NCBI GenBank assembly: GCA_018384735.1
Contig: JAHAXB010000016.1
Coordinates: 131,510 to 195,509, forward strand
Source of the DNA: Eubacteriales bacterium
GTDB taxonomy: Bacteria; Bacillota; Clostridia; Christensenellales; UBA1242
Direction: 5' to 3'
Length of the DNA: 64,000 bases
Part shown: piece after piece, positions 45,179 through 54,361 of the stretch
How the letters are laid out: every line of letters begins with the position of its first letter
Position numbering within the stretch: the stretch's first letter is position 1
Position numbers and translations under genes: made by a program
The notes under the pieces: model-generated
The model's database searches: none
Told to the model about the DNA's origin: nothing
What the model saw: only the letters and a program-made list of their open reading frames with translations

Positions 45179-47833
45179 ATGAAAAAATTTGCTAAAATCA
45201 TCACTTTGGTTGTCGTCTTAGCCCTGTGTGTTTTCAGTGCCTACACCCCGGTGGCAATCAACGGATTGTCCAAATTGGTCGCCGCTGCCGAAAACCAAGG
45301 TTACGCCTACACAGCACCGACCCAAAATGTAACACCATTTACATCGGAAGCCGTGGACACTTACGATTTATCCTCCTGGACGCAGTCATCCGAACGTGGC
45401 GTACTCAGTCAGCAAGTAACCGCCACCACTAACAGCAAATTTCATGAAGCCCACATTAACTCCACCTTATCCGATGTCCAATTAAACGGACGTTCACCAT
45501 ACGTTATCGCTACTGAAACCGATAATGTTTCCGGTCGTGGTTATTACACCACCGACGCTATTACTTTACCAGCCAATGGCTATTATATGATTGCGGTCGA
45601 ATACTGCTTAAAAGATCAAGTAAAAAATGCTGAAACTAAATACGCTTTCGGTACTTTTTATTTGACTGACACCAATGGCAACACCCAAGCCCTTGCTTTG
45701 AATGCACAAGGTTGGCGCTGGGCTACTTTTTATATTCATACCGATTTACTGGAAAGCGTCAGCGTCACCCCAGAACTTTATTTCGGTTCAAAGAGTGAAA
45801 ACAGTTACGGTTCGATTTATTTCAACCAATTCAAAGTTACCGCCGTCAATGCGGAAATGTTCAACGATTTAGTTTTTAATGGTAACGAATTAAAAGTCAA
45901 CCAAGACAGTTATCTTGATTTCAGTCGCAGTAACGACTACCGCGTAGTTAAAACGTTCGACCATACCCAATTCAATGATGACCAAAACACCAAGACGGCT
46001 TCCAGTGTCCCTGGTACTTTAGGTTTCAGTGACAATCAACACTACTTCCACAACAAAGACGGTGTCGACAATGAAAAAGTTATGTTAATCGCCGCCCACA
46101 ACGGTAACGACACTTTGAGATTAGATAATTACAGTTTAATTGCACAACCGCATCAAGTTTACATGTTCCAATTCTACTCCATTGCAACTGCGGACTTGGA
46201 GTTCTCGGGTTTCTATTTCAACATTATTCCATCTGAATATACCATCAAAAATTCCAAAACAGTTGAACTCAAAACCAGTTCACACCAAATAACCACCTTG
46301 TCCAGCGACAAATATCATAACGGCTGGCAATTAAATACGATCTTCTTCATCGCCGGTCGTGAATTTGACCAAGAATATACTTTCAGTTTCAGTTTGTCAT
46401 CATCTGACCAAACTGTTACCGGTTGGGCTTGTATTGATGATTTCAAGATTTACCAAGTTGGTGGCGATTACGCTAACAACAATTCTTCCGCAACCGGTGT
46501 GCACGACACTTATGATTTGAACAAATACAAAACTGAACCCGATATCGCCAACGGACACTTTGAATTGGGTACCAGTTCCAGTCTGCGTAGCAACACCTAC
46601 CCCTATCCTTTAGTCTCTAATGATTGGACGGCAATTCCCGGCACAGAAGCAAACAGCCGAGAAAACGGTATCATTAACCTTAACAGTTGGTTAGGAAGTT
46701 ATGGTCCCGAAAATCCTGGTTCATTATCCTCGGAAAATAACAATGTCTTCATGATGCGCAACACAACCGCGAAAGACGGCTACAACACTTTGGTCAGCCC
46801 TGCATTAACCGTTACCGCGGGCGAAACCATGACCGTTTCTTTCGATGCTTACAGTCAACCAAATACCGTTACCCGCGCTTGGTTAATCACTCCGCAAGCG
46901 GACGACCTTAGTAAACACATCAAATTAGGCCAACCAATTGAAATTGATACCGGACGTTGGCAACAATACTCCTTTACCTTGAATGAAAACCAATACGCCG
47001 CTTCCCGTTCTTATTACATCTTATTTGAAATGACTAGCAGCGACAGCGGTTATACTTACATTGATAATGTAACCAATGAGGCGACCAACAACGCGAACAG
47101 CTCCATTGACCTGTCCAACCCCATCAGCGTTGAAAAAATCTGGCAACCCGATGACAACAACGTACAACCAGTATTCACAGATGATGGTTTAACCGTTAAA
47201 AACGAAAACGGACACAAAACCACTATCCAAAACATTTTCGCTTATAACTTGACCAAAGACTTGTATTACGAATTTGTGATTAACGCACGTGGTAACAACG
47301 CTTATTTGAACTTGTTGGGCTACGATGGCTTATTAGCCGTGGATAGCGATACTAATGCTGATTACAAACTTTACTTACAAGTTGCGGATACCACCGCACC
47401 ACTCTTCCAAATCATTTTGGGTTCCACCGACGAAGATGCAACCGCTATGGTTGGTGAAATCACGATTAACAGTATCACAGTCACCAACATTCAAGATGCT
47501 GACTATACAGCCGCACAAGAAACTGCCGATGCACACAGTTTATTCTTAACCCAAACCAAAGTCGAGGAAGAAGAAAACAACGATAATGGTTCCAACGGTG
47601 GTAGTTTCTTCGGAGAAAACTGGTGGTATTTGGTACCAACCTTAATTACTGCGATTGCAGCCTTGTTGGCTATCACTGCGTTCTTATTCCGCAAAATTAA
47701 ATTCGATAAACACATTACCAAGAAGAACACCTCTTACGCTCGTGATATGCGCTTAAAAAATCAACAAAAGAAAATTGTTGCTCAAAAGGCCGCAAAAGTA
47801 GATAATGTTATTGATGAAACGCACGGTAATTAA
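45179..47833 (+). CDS. Surface protein with four jelly-roll/CBM-like modules, signal peptide and C-terminal TM plus Lys-rich tail (884 aa)
   Basis: GGAG lies 9 nt before ATG 45179 (MKKFAKIITLVVVLALCVFSAYT). Four modules each end in a similar strand (GSIYFNQFKVTAV, GWACIDDFKIYQV, GYTYIDNVT, VGEITINSITVTNI). C-terminal TM WWYLVPTLITAIAALLAITAFLF. The module fold is inferred, not searched. Confidence 0.7.
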   Translation: MKKFAKIITLVVVLALCVFSAYTPVAINGLSKLVAAAENQGYAYTAPTQNVTPFTSEAVDTYDLSSWTQSSERGVLSQQVTATTNSKFHEAHINSTLSDVQLNGRSPYVIATETDNVSGRGYYTTDAITLPANGYYMIAVEYCLKDQVKNAETKYAFGTFYLTDTNGNTQALALNAQGWRWATFYIHTDLLESVSVTPELYFGSKSENSYGSIYFNQFKVTAVNAEMFNDLVFNGNELKVNQDSYLDFSRSNDYRVVKTFDHTQFNDDQNTKTASSVPGTLGFSDNQHYFHNKDGVDNEKVMLIAAHNGNDTLRLDNYSLIAQPHQVYMFQFYSIATADLEFSGFYFNIIPSEYTIKNSKTVELKTSSHQITTLSSDKYHNGWQLNTIFFIAGREFDQEYTFSFSLSSSDQTVTGWACIDDFKIYQVGGDYANNNSSATGVHDTYDLNKYKTEPDIANGHFELGTSSSLRSNTYPYPLVSNDWTAIPGTEANSRENGIINLNSWLGSYGPENPGSLSSENNNVFMMRNTTAKDGYNTLVSPALTVTAGETMTVSFDAYSQPNTVTRAWLITPQADDLSKHIKLGQPIEIDTGRWQQYSFTLNENQYAASRSYYILFEMTSSDSGYTYIDNVTNEATNNANSSIDLSNPISVEKIWQPDDNNVQPVFTDDGLTVKNENGHKTTIQNIFAYNLTKDLYYEFVINARGNNAYLNLLGYDGLLAVDSDTNADYKLYLQVADTTAPLFQIILGSTDEDATAMVGEITINSITVTNIQDADYTAAQETADAHSLFLTQTKVEEEENNDNGSNGGSFFGENWWYLVPTLITAIAALLAITAFLFRKIKFDKHITKKNTSYARDMRLKNQQKKIVAQKAAKVDNVIDETHGN

Positions 47834-48326
47834 AATCATCATCGCCTTGGTCATTGTTGCCATTTTGGCGGGTGCTGGCGTGGTTTTGTATTTCCGTTAT
47901 AACAGCGGTCCCATTGTGGGTCGTGTCAAATACGGTGCTTATTACAGTTTGACGGAAATGCGTGACACCGACCAATTTGCGGGCGCAACCATGAGTTCCG
48001 CCAGTTATTTTCACATTGACACCGATGGTAAAACCGGCAAATTTTATTTGGAAGGTTTAACCGCAACCGACTCCCCTGTTCCGTTCATTATCACGAACTA
48101 CAAAGAAACTAACCGCAAGACCACCTTTGATATTGAATACTTAATTGGTAACGGCGACGACACCCATATCGAGCATTTAACCGCTACCAGTGTCGGCAAC
48201 CGTATTACCATTCAAGCGAATCAATCACACACGGTACGTATCATCAAACAAAAGAAACAAGGCGACACTGACTCCTTAGAATATCCGGTCGACATTTTAA
48301 TCTTTGAATGCAAGGAGGACGCATAA
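47814..48326 (+). CDS. Small N-terminally anchored protein (170 aa)
   Basis: MKRTVIKIIIALVIVAILAGAGVVLYF TM. Overlaps the end of the upstream gene. Paralogous in layout to the next ORF. Confidence 0.55.
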   Translation: MKRTVIKIIIALVIVAILAGAGVVLYFRYNSGPIVGRVKYGAYYSLTEMRDTDQFAGATMSSASYFHIDTDGKTGKFYLEGLTATDSPVPFIITNYKETNRKTTFDIEYLIGNGDDTHIEHLTATSVGNRITIQANQSHTVRIIKQKKQGDTDSLEYPVDILIFECKEDA

Positions 48327-48757
48327 TGAAACGTGGCGTTAAAATTGCTTTAATCATTACAGTGGTTGTCATCATTTTAATTGCGATTACAATTCCGCTC
48401 TATTACAGTTTTACTTCCAAAACCATTTATCATATCAGTGGTGTTGAAAAGACCGAATTTACCACCGCCGACTTTGTTGATAAATCCGAATTAAAATTGT
48501 ACAAAAACGGTACTTTCCACATTGTCATCGAACACAAAGAAAAAGGTCTCTCCTTGGTTGGCATTGGCACCTATCAAAATGACAGCAAAGAATATCAATT
48601 AAAATTTGAAAAACTTTTCGCCCGCGACAATAATAGCAATGTCGTTGACTATACCACGGATGAACACAAAACTGAACGTGACACCATCTCCTGCACCCGC
48701 AGTGGTAACCGCATTAAATTCATTGATCACAAAGCGCAAACCTTTTATTTCGGATAA
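48326..48757 (+). CDS. Small N-terminally anchored protein (143 aa), paralog of the preceding gene
   Basis: AGGAGG lies 7 nt upstream of ATG 48326, with a TAATG overlap. MKRGVKIALIITVVVIILIAITIPLYY TM. Shared GNRI motif near the C-terminus. Confidence 0.65.
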   Translation: MKRGVKIALIITVVVIILIAITIPLYYSFTSKTIYHISGVEKTEFTTADFVDKSELKLYKNGTFHIVIEHKEKGLSLVGIGTYQNDSKEYQLKFEKLFARDNNSNVVDYTTDEHKTERDTISCTRSGNRIKFIDHKAQTFYFG

Positions 48758-48790
48758 TCAATCACCTTACAGCGCACTGGCGTAGACACA

Positions 48791-48815
48791 GGGACGACAA
48801 TCGTCCCTTTTAATT
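48791..48815 (+). terminator. Rho-independent terminator of the 45.2-48.8 kb surface-protein operon
   Basis: GGGACGA-CAA-TCGTCCC hairpin at 48791-48807, followed by TTTTAATT. Confidence 0.8.
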
Positions 48816-48934
48816 CGCTTTCATTCCGGCAACGGTTAGCCAAAATAATGGTACACGGCGCTACCCCACACTCACGCGCAATTTCAAACAGTTTTCCCTT
48901 TACATATTTAACTTTCACAAACATATTCATGTGT

Positions 48935-50422
48935 ATGCGCGCGTTCACCAAATCAGTGCTGGTCATTACCATCTTTGCGATTTTAACGCGCTTAATCGGT
49001 TTTGTTTTTCGCATCTTTTTATCGCGTTTATTAGGTGCGGAAATGTTGGGGGTTTATCAAATGGCACTCAACATTTTTATGATTTTGCTAACCATTATTT
49101 GCACTGGACTGCCGTTGGTACTTTCCCGTGAGATCGCCAAAGACCCCGCTAATCACGCCCGTACGCGTTCGTTGACCATGGCTGGACTTTTTATCGGTAT
49201 TGTTACTGCGTTAATTCTGTGTGCGGCGGTTTTAATTGGGCACCGCCTTTTTGCCTTAATTTTCACCGACCAAAGGTGTTTAGCAATTTTAATTATTACG
49301 CTTCCCGCCTTAATTGCCAGCAGTATTTACAGCGTGTTACGCGCCATCTGGTGGGGCGAAAAGAAATTCTTCTTACTGGGCTTAACCGAACTGATTGAAC
49401 AAATTGCGCGCGTAGTTTTATTTGTCCCTTTACTCGGCATTGCCTTTTATTTTGCCGATATGGCCCACATTGCCGCTTGGTCCTTTTCCGCCGCTTGTAT
49501 CGTTTCCGCGCTGGTGGTCATCATCATTTTTCGTTGCACCCGACAACATCTTACCACGGCACCACAACCGCGCCAGTTCGTCCGCCCCATTCTTAAAGCC
49601 GCGACCCCGATTACCAGTGTGCGTTTGTTTTCCAGTTTGACCATTCCCCTGGTGACCATTTTATTACCATTACGTTTAATGGCGGCGGGTTGGGATAACA
49701 GCACCGCCATTGCGCACTTGGGCATCATCAGTGGCATGACCTTACCCTTACTAACCATTCCTTCAACAGTCATCTCCGCGTTAGCCACCGCACTGGTTCC
49801 CGAACTCTCCAACATGATTAATCAGCAACAATGGAGCGCTGTACGCCGTCAAATTCGCACCGTAGTGCGTTTTACTATCTTTATCAACTTCTGCTTCATC
49901 CCGCTCTACCTTGCACTGGGCGCCCCGTTAGGACAGTTTCTGTACGCCGATGCATACAGCGGAATTTACCTCGCCCGTTCCGCATGGGTCATGCTACCGA
50001 TGTCGCTTTCGCAAATTACCAACACCACCCTAAATGCCATGAACCACGAAAACATTACCATCCGCAACTACGCTATCGGCACCTTACTGCTTTTGCCCAT
50101 CATTTGGTTTATGCCCGCGGTAATTGGCGCGGATGCCGTTTTATTGGGGATGGGTATTTCCATGACAGTTAGCACAACGCTCAACCTCTTGGCTATCCGG
50201 CGGGTCACCAACTGGCGTGGCAGTCCGACTACCTTGCCCACGATTATTACTTATCTCGTCATCGGCGTACCGGTTTTCGCCTTGGCATTTTTCGGTTTTC
50301 AATTCGGTGCCAACCTACCCTTGGTCTTAAATTTATTTTTAGCTGGCACGGTCGCTGAAAGCGCTTTCTTCGGTTTGTGTTGGACCACGAACATGATTAC
50401 AATTCCTTTGAAGCGTCAATAA
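48935..50422 (+). CDS. MurJ/SpoVB-type (MOP superfamily) polysaccharide/lipid II flippase
   Basis: About 14 predicted TM helices. The N-terminus MRAFTKSVLVITIFAILTRLIGFVFRIFLSRLLGAEMLGVYQMALNIF matches the SpoVB/MurJ pattern. Confidence 0.75.
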   Translation: MRAFTKSVLVITIFAILTRLIGFVFRIFLSRLLGAEMLGVYQMALNIFMILLTIICTGLPLVLSREIAKDPANHARTRSLTMAGLFIGIVTALILCAAVLIGHRLFALIFTDQRCLAILIITLPALIASSIYSVLRAIWWGEKKFFLLGLTELIEQIARVVLFVPLLGIAFYFADMAHIAAWSFSAACIVSALVVIIIFRCTRQHLTTAPQPRQFVRPILKAATPITSVRLFSSLTIPLVTILLPLRLMAAGWDNSTAIAHLGIISGMTLPLLTIPSTVISALATALVPELSNMINQQQWSAVRRQIRTVVRFTIFINFCFIPLYLALGAPLGQFLYADAYSGIYLARSAWVMLPMSLSQITNTTLNAMNHENITIRNYAIGTLLLLPIIWFMPAVIGADAVLLGMGISMTVSTTLNLLAIRRVTNWRGSPTTLPTIITYLVIGVPVFALAFFGFQFGANLPLVLNLFLAGTVAESAFFGLCWTTNMITIPLKRQ

Positions 50423-50430
50423 ACTAAGCG

Positions 50431-50895
50431 ATGCTAACGATTGTCATTCGCGTGATTATCATTTACCTCATCACCATTGTGGTCATGCGGTTAATGGGTA
50501 AGCGTCAGATTGGCGACATGGAGCCGTTTGAATTGGTGATTACTTTAATCATCGCCGACTTAGCGACCATTCCCATGGCGGACCCCACAATTCCAATTTG
50601 GTACGGAATTTTACCGTTATTGGTCATGCAGGTTTTGCACTTCTTTGTGGTTAAACTGCAATGTAAAAGTAAAACCGTCCGTCGCATTTTATCCGGCTCA
50701 CCGGTCATCGTCATTTCGCCCAAAGGCATCGACTATCAAAAATTAAAAGAGCTGGATATTTGTAAGGACGAATTGATGGAGCTGTTACGCAGTAAAGATA
50801 TTTACGACATTAAAGATATTGACTACGCCATTTTGGAAAGCAACGGCAAATTGTCGGTTGTTCCCAAAGGCGAAGGAGGTAAGTTATCGCTATGA
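50431..50895 (+). CDS. DUF421 (YetF-like) membrane protein
   Basis: VVMRLMGKRQIGDMEPFELVITLIIADLA plus a C-terminal soluble domain, the typical DUF421 layout. Confidence 0.75.
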   Translation: MLTIVIRVIIIYLITIVVMRLMGKRQIGDMEPFELVITLIIADLATIPMADPTIPIWYGILPLLVMQVLHFFVVKLQCKSKTVRRILSGSPVIVISPKGIDYQKLKELDICKDELMELLRSKDIYDIKDIDYAILESNGKLSVVPKGEGGKLSL

Positions 50896-51287
50896 AACGC
50901 TGGGTTGCTACCATTTGTGTTTTACTACTAATTACCGCAGCAGTCATTTGGGAACAAACTTACGTCAACCAAACTTTCCAAGTATTACAGGACAAGGTCG
51001 ACGCGCTGGTTGTTGCAATCGAAGCCTGCGAGGACGATAAGGTTGATACCGACGCAAACAAAGCCCAAATTGCCGACATCGAGACCTACTGGCTAAAACA
51101 TGAGCGCGTCTTATGCTATCTCGTCAAGCACACCGAAACCTTTCAAATCAGCGATGCCATCAGCTACGCCAAAAACTTTATCGAATTTGGTAACAAAGAA
51201 GAGGTCATGTCGGCCTTGCATAAATTAGAATATTTAGGTAAAGTCCACAGTTATAACATGGGCACCAGTTTGGAAAACATCATTTAA
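50892..51287 (+). CDS. DUF4363-like small anchored protein
   Basis: ATGA overlap with the DUF421 gene, N-terminal TM and a helical body. The DUF421/DUF4363 pairing is common in Clostridia (from memory). Confidence 0.55.
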   Translation: MKRWVATICVLLLITAAVIWEQTYVNQTFQVLQDKVDALVVAIEACEDDKVDTDANKAQIADIETYWLKHERVLCYLVKHTETFQISDAISYAKNFIEFGNKEEVMSALHKLEYLGKVHSYNMGTSLENII

Positions 51288-53844
51288 CCGCAGGCAAAAT
51301 TTCTTTCAAAAATTGTCCCGTAAAGCTACCTGCCACTTGACTAACGGCTTCCGGCGTACCTTTGGCGATTACTTGTCCACCACCGTTACCGCCTTCGGGT
51401 CCCATATCGATAATGTAGTCCGCCACTTTAATTACATCCAAATTGTGTTCAATAACCACCATCGTGTTACCTGCATCAACCAAACGGTTCAAAACCGCAA
51501 TCAAGTTTTTCACATCGTAAGTCGACAGTCCAGTGGTCGGCTCATCCAAAATGTACATTGTTTGTCCCGTCATCGGGCGAGCCAACTCGGTAGCTAATTT
51601 TACGCGTTGCGCTTCCCCGCCCGACAATTCAGTTGCCGGTTGTCCCAACTTAATGTAACCCAAGCCCACGTCATGTAAGGTTTGTAAGCGTTTCAAAATG
51701 TTGGGCTGGTGTGCAAAGAACTCGCACGCCTCATCCACTGTCATTTCCAAAATGTCCCAAATGTTTTTGCCTTTGTAGGTTACCATCAATGTTTCGTAAT
51801 TAAAACGCTTGCCATCACAAACATCGCAAGTCACATAAATATCCGGCAAGAAATGCATCTCGATTTTTTTGGTACCATCACCTTGGCAGTTTTCACAACG
51901 ACCACCGGGGACATTAAACGAAAAACGACCCGGCAAGAAACCACGTTCCTTGGCTTCCTTGGTTGAGGCGAATAACTCACGCACCAGTGTCCACAAGCCC
52001 GTATATGTAGCTGGGTTGCTGCGCGGAGTACGACCGATAGGACTTTGGTCGATACGGATGATTTTATCAATGTAGGGCTTACCAATGCCGTTTTGCAGCC
52101 CTTGGTACAGCTCGTAATTCACTAAACTGCTCTTGCCGCTGCCCGACACGCCGGTTACCACGGTCAACACGCCCACAGGGAAAGCCACGTCAATGTTCTG
52201 TAAATTATTGGTTTTTGCGTTACGTACCCAAATCATTTTTTCCGTCACTGGACGACGCTTGGTTGGTACTTCAATGGTTTCACGTCCTGATAAGAAACGC
52301 CCCGTCACCGACTCCGGACATTGCATAACTTTTTGCACTGGACCCGCCACCACAATCTTACCACCGTGTACGCCCGCATACGGTCCCACGTCCACGATAA
52401 AGTCCGCACTGCGAATAGTTTCTTCGTCGTGTTCTACCACCACCAAAGTGTTACCCAAATCGCGCAGATGCATTAACGCCGACAATAACTTTTGGTTATC
52501 GCGTTGGTGCAAACCGATACTGGGTTCGTCCAAAATGTACAACACCCCCACCAGTCCGGCGCCGATTTGCGTTGCCAAACGAATCCGTTGGCTTTCACCA
52601 CCCGACAGCGTCCCCGCACTGCGTGCCAAACTTAAATAATGCAAACCAACATCCACCAAGAACTGACAGCGCGCCAAAACTTCTTTCACAATCGGTTGCG
52701 CGGTCACCGCGGCCGCACCAGTCAACTTCAATTCACGAATTACATTCATCATCTCGGTGATTGGCAATTCGGTTAATTTAGCAATATTATAACCGCCCAC
52801 AGTTACCGCCAAAACTTCGGGTTTCAATTTCTGACGATGGCAAACCGGGCAATCGTCTTCAATAATCATTTTGCCTAACGCGTTGCGCATATACTCACTA
52901 CTGGTTTCACGGTAACGCACCATCGCTTCTTCTGGTGTCAAATAACGAATTGATTCAAACTGGCACTGGCGTAATTTTTCCGGATCCATGCGCGCCACAA
53001 AACCCAACCCATTACAATGTTCACACGCACCGAAAGGACTGTTAAAGGAGAAACTGCGCGGCTCCAATTCCGGAATTGAAACACCACAATCCACGCACGC
53101 CAACTTATCCGAAAAGGTATGCGCAACTTCGCCACAAACAATGGTTACCAAGCCATTGGTCAATTTCAAAGCAATCTCAATACCATCAACCAAACGCGTG
53201 CGTTCTTCGTCTAACGCCTTTAAACGGTCGATAACAACGTTAATGTTGTGTTTAAGGTTTTTATCAAGTTTGATTTCTTCGTCCAACGTCCACATATTGC
53301 CGTCGATTTTAATGCGGACATAACCGCTCTTGCGCAACTCTTCAAACTTCTTTTCAAAACTACCTTTGGCACCACGCACAATGGGGGCTTCAATGTGGAT
53401 TTGTTGTCCCGCACAGTGTTGATAAACTTGGTCAATGATTTGGTCTACCGTTTGACGCTCCACCACTTTGCCACACTGTGGACAATGCGGAATTCCAATG
53501 CGCGCGTACAACAAACGCAAGTAGTCATAAATCTCGGTGACCGTACCTACGGTTGAACGCGGGTTGTTATTCGTAGTCTTTTGGTCAATCGCAATCGCCG
53601 GCGATAAACCGGTAATCTTATCGACATCGGGTTTATGCATTTGACCCAAAAACATACGGGCATACGAACTCAAACTTTCCATAAAACGGCGTTGACCTTC
53701 GGCATACAAAGTTCCGAAAGCCAAACTGCTTTTACCACTGCCTGATACACCGGTAAAGACCACCAACTGGTTACGCGGAATCGTAACATCAACGTTTTTT
53801 AAATTATTTTCCCGCGCACCGGTAATGACAATTTCATCTAACAT
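51280..53844 (-). CDS. uvrA: Excinuclease ABC subunit A, short form (854 aa) with truncated insertion domain
   Basis: Two ABC modules (GVSGSGKSSLAF and GVSGSGKSSLVN; LSGGESQRIRLA and LSGGEAQRVKLA) and three Cys4 zinc modules. Confidence 0.9.
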   Translation of the reverse strand: MLDEIVITGARENNLKNVDVTIPRNQLVVFTGVSGSGKSSLAFGTLYAEGQRRFMESLSSYARMFLGQMHKPDVDKITGLSPAIAIDQKTTNNNPRSTVGTVTEIYDYLRLLYARIGIPHCPQCGKVVERQTVDQIIDQVYQHCAGQQIHIEAPIVRGAKGSFEKKFEELRKSGYVRIKIDGNMWTLDEEIKLDKNLKHNINVVIDRLKALDEERTRLVDGIEIALKLTNGLVTIVCGEVAHTFSDKLACVDCGVSIPELEPRSFSFNSPFGACEHCNGLGFVARMDPEKLRQCQFESIRYLTPEEAMVRYRETSSEYMRNALGKMIIEDDCPVCHRQKLKPEVLAVTVGGYNIAKLTELPITEMMNVIRELKLTGAAAVTAQPIVKEVLARCQFLVDVGLHYLSLARSAGTLSGGESQRIRLATQIGAGLVGVLYILDEPSIGLHQRDNQKLLSALMHLRDLGNTLVVVEHDEETIRSADFIVDVGPYAGVHGGKIVVAGPVQKVMQCPESVTGRFLSGRETIEVPTKRRPVTEKMIWVRNAKTNNLQNIDVAFPVGVLTVVTGVSGSGKSSLVNYELYQGLQNGIGKPYIDKIIRIDQSPIGRTPRSNPATYTGLWTLVRELFASTKEAKERGFLPGRFSFNVPGGRCENCQGDGTKKIEMHFLPDIYVTCDVCDGKRFNYETLMVTYKGKNIWDILEMTVDEACEFFAHQPNILKRLQTLHDVGLGYIKLGQPATELSGGEAQRVKLATELARPMTGQTMYILDEPTTGLSTYDVKNLIAVLNRLVDAGNTMVVIEHNLDVIKVADYIIDMGPEGGNGGGQVIAKGTPEAVSQVAGSFTGQFLKEILPAVK

Positions 53845-53851
53845 AACATTT

Positions 53852-53880
53852 ATTATACCCTATATTTAGGTTAATTTCAA
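53852..53880 (-). promoter_or_regulatory. Candidate uvrA promoter (TTGAAA-17-TATAAT, -10 is 7 nt from the ATG)
   Basis: The complement of 53875-53880 is TTGAAA and the complement of 53852-53857 is TATAAT. No Shine-Dalgarno. Confidence 0.55.
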
Positions 53881-53884
53881 TCAC

Positions 53885-54361
53885 CTAATCAGCATAAATT
53901 GAGCGCGCATAGCGGTAAATCTTTTGGATCGTATTATCAACCTTCTTTTTGTTAATGTCGAAGATTTCACAAATCTCTTGGTACGAATAACCTTTGTAGT
54001 AAGCGTTGAATATGGATTGTTCCAATTTATCACAATGCTTCTTTAAGACTTGGCGCAAAATTTCCCACAACGCGGGGTCTGGGTCACAACGTCCGGGCAA
54101 AGCGGGGTCTTCCGGCGGTAAAGGTTCTTTCACTTGTTCGCGGATATAATCGACCACATGATTCCGAATCACGATGCTGGCGTAAGTTTCGAACTTGGCT
54201 TTGCTTTGTGCTTGATAGTTCATTTTGGCTTTCATGAAGCCCAACACGCCCTCTTGGAATAGGTCTTCTTCGTCAATATCGAAAATACCGTACTTGCGGA
54301 TTAACGAACGAATTACCATACGCACCAAGCGTTCGTCTTTTTGGTCAAATTCAAAATTCAT
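53885..54361 (-). CDS. Short sigma-70-family sigma factor (158 aa), SigH-like by synteny
   Basis: Region 2 (DLFQEGVLGFMKAKMNY...FETYASIVIRNHVVDYIRE) and a region 4 HTH (YSYQEICEIFDINKKKVDNTIQKIYRYAR). Sits directly after mrnC-rlmB, as sigH does in Bacillus. Confidence 0.7.
   Translation of the reverse strand: MNFEFDQKDERLVRMVIRSLIRKYGIFDIDEEDLFQEGVLGFMKAKMNYQAQSKAKFETYASIVIRNHVVDYIREQVKEPLPPEDPALPGRCDPDPALWEILRQVLKKHCDKLEQSIFNAYYKGYSYQEICEIFDINKKKVDNTIQKIYRYARSIYAD

Noticed and set aside
48745-49014. 89-aa minus-strand ORF between the small anchored-protein gene and the flippase gene.
   Set aside because: It runs through the plus-strand terminator hairpin (48791-48815) and overlaps the flippase promoter and start. 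It has no Shine-Dalgarno or promoter of its own, and only a vague HTH-like stretch.
51280-53844. UvrA as a class II (UvrA2-type) paralog lacking the UvrB-binding domain.
   Set aside because: The 129-aa spacing between the first zinc-module Cys pairs shows the UvrB-binding domain is present. The shortening maps to the insertion domain instead.
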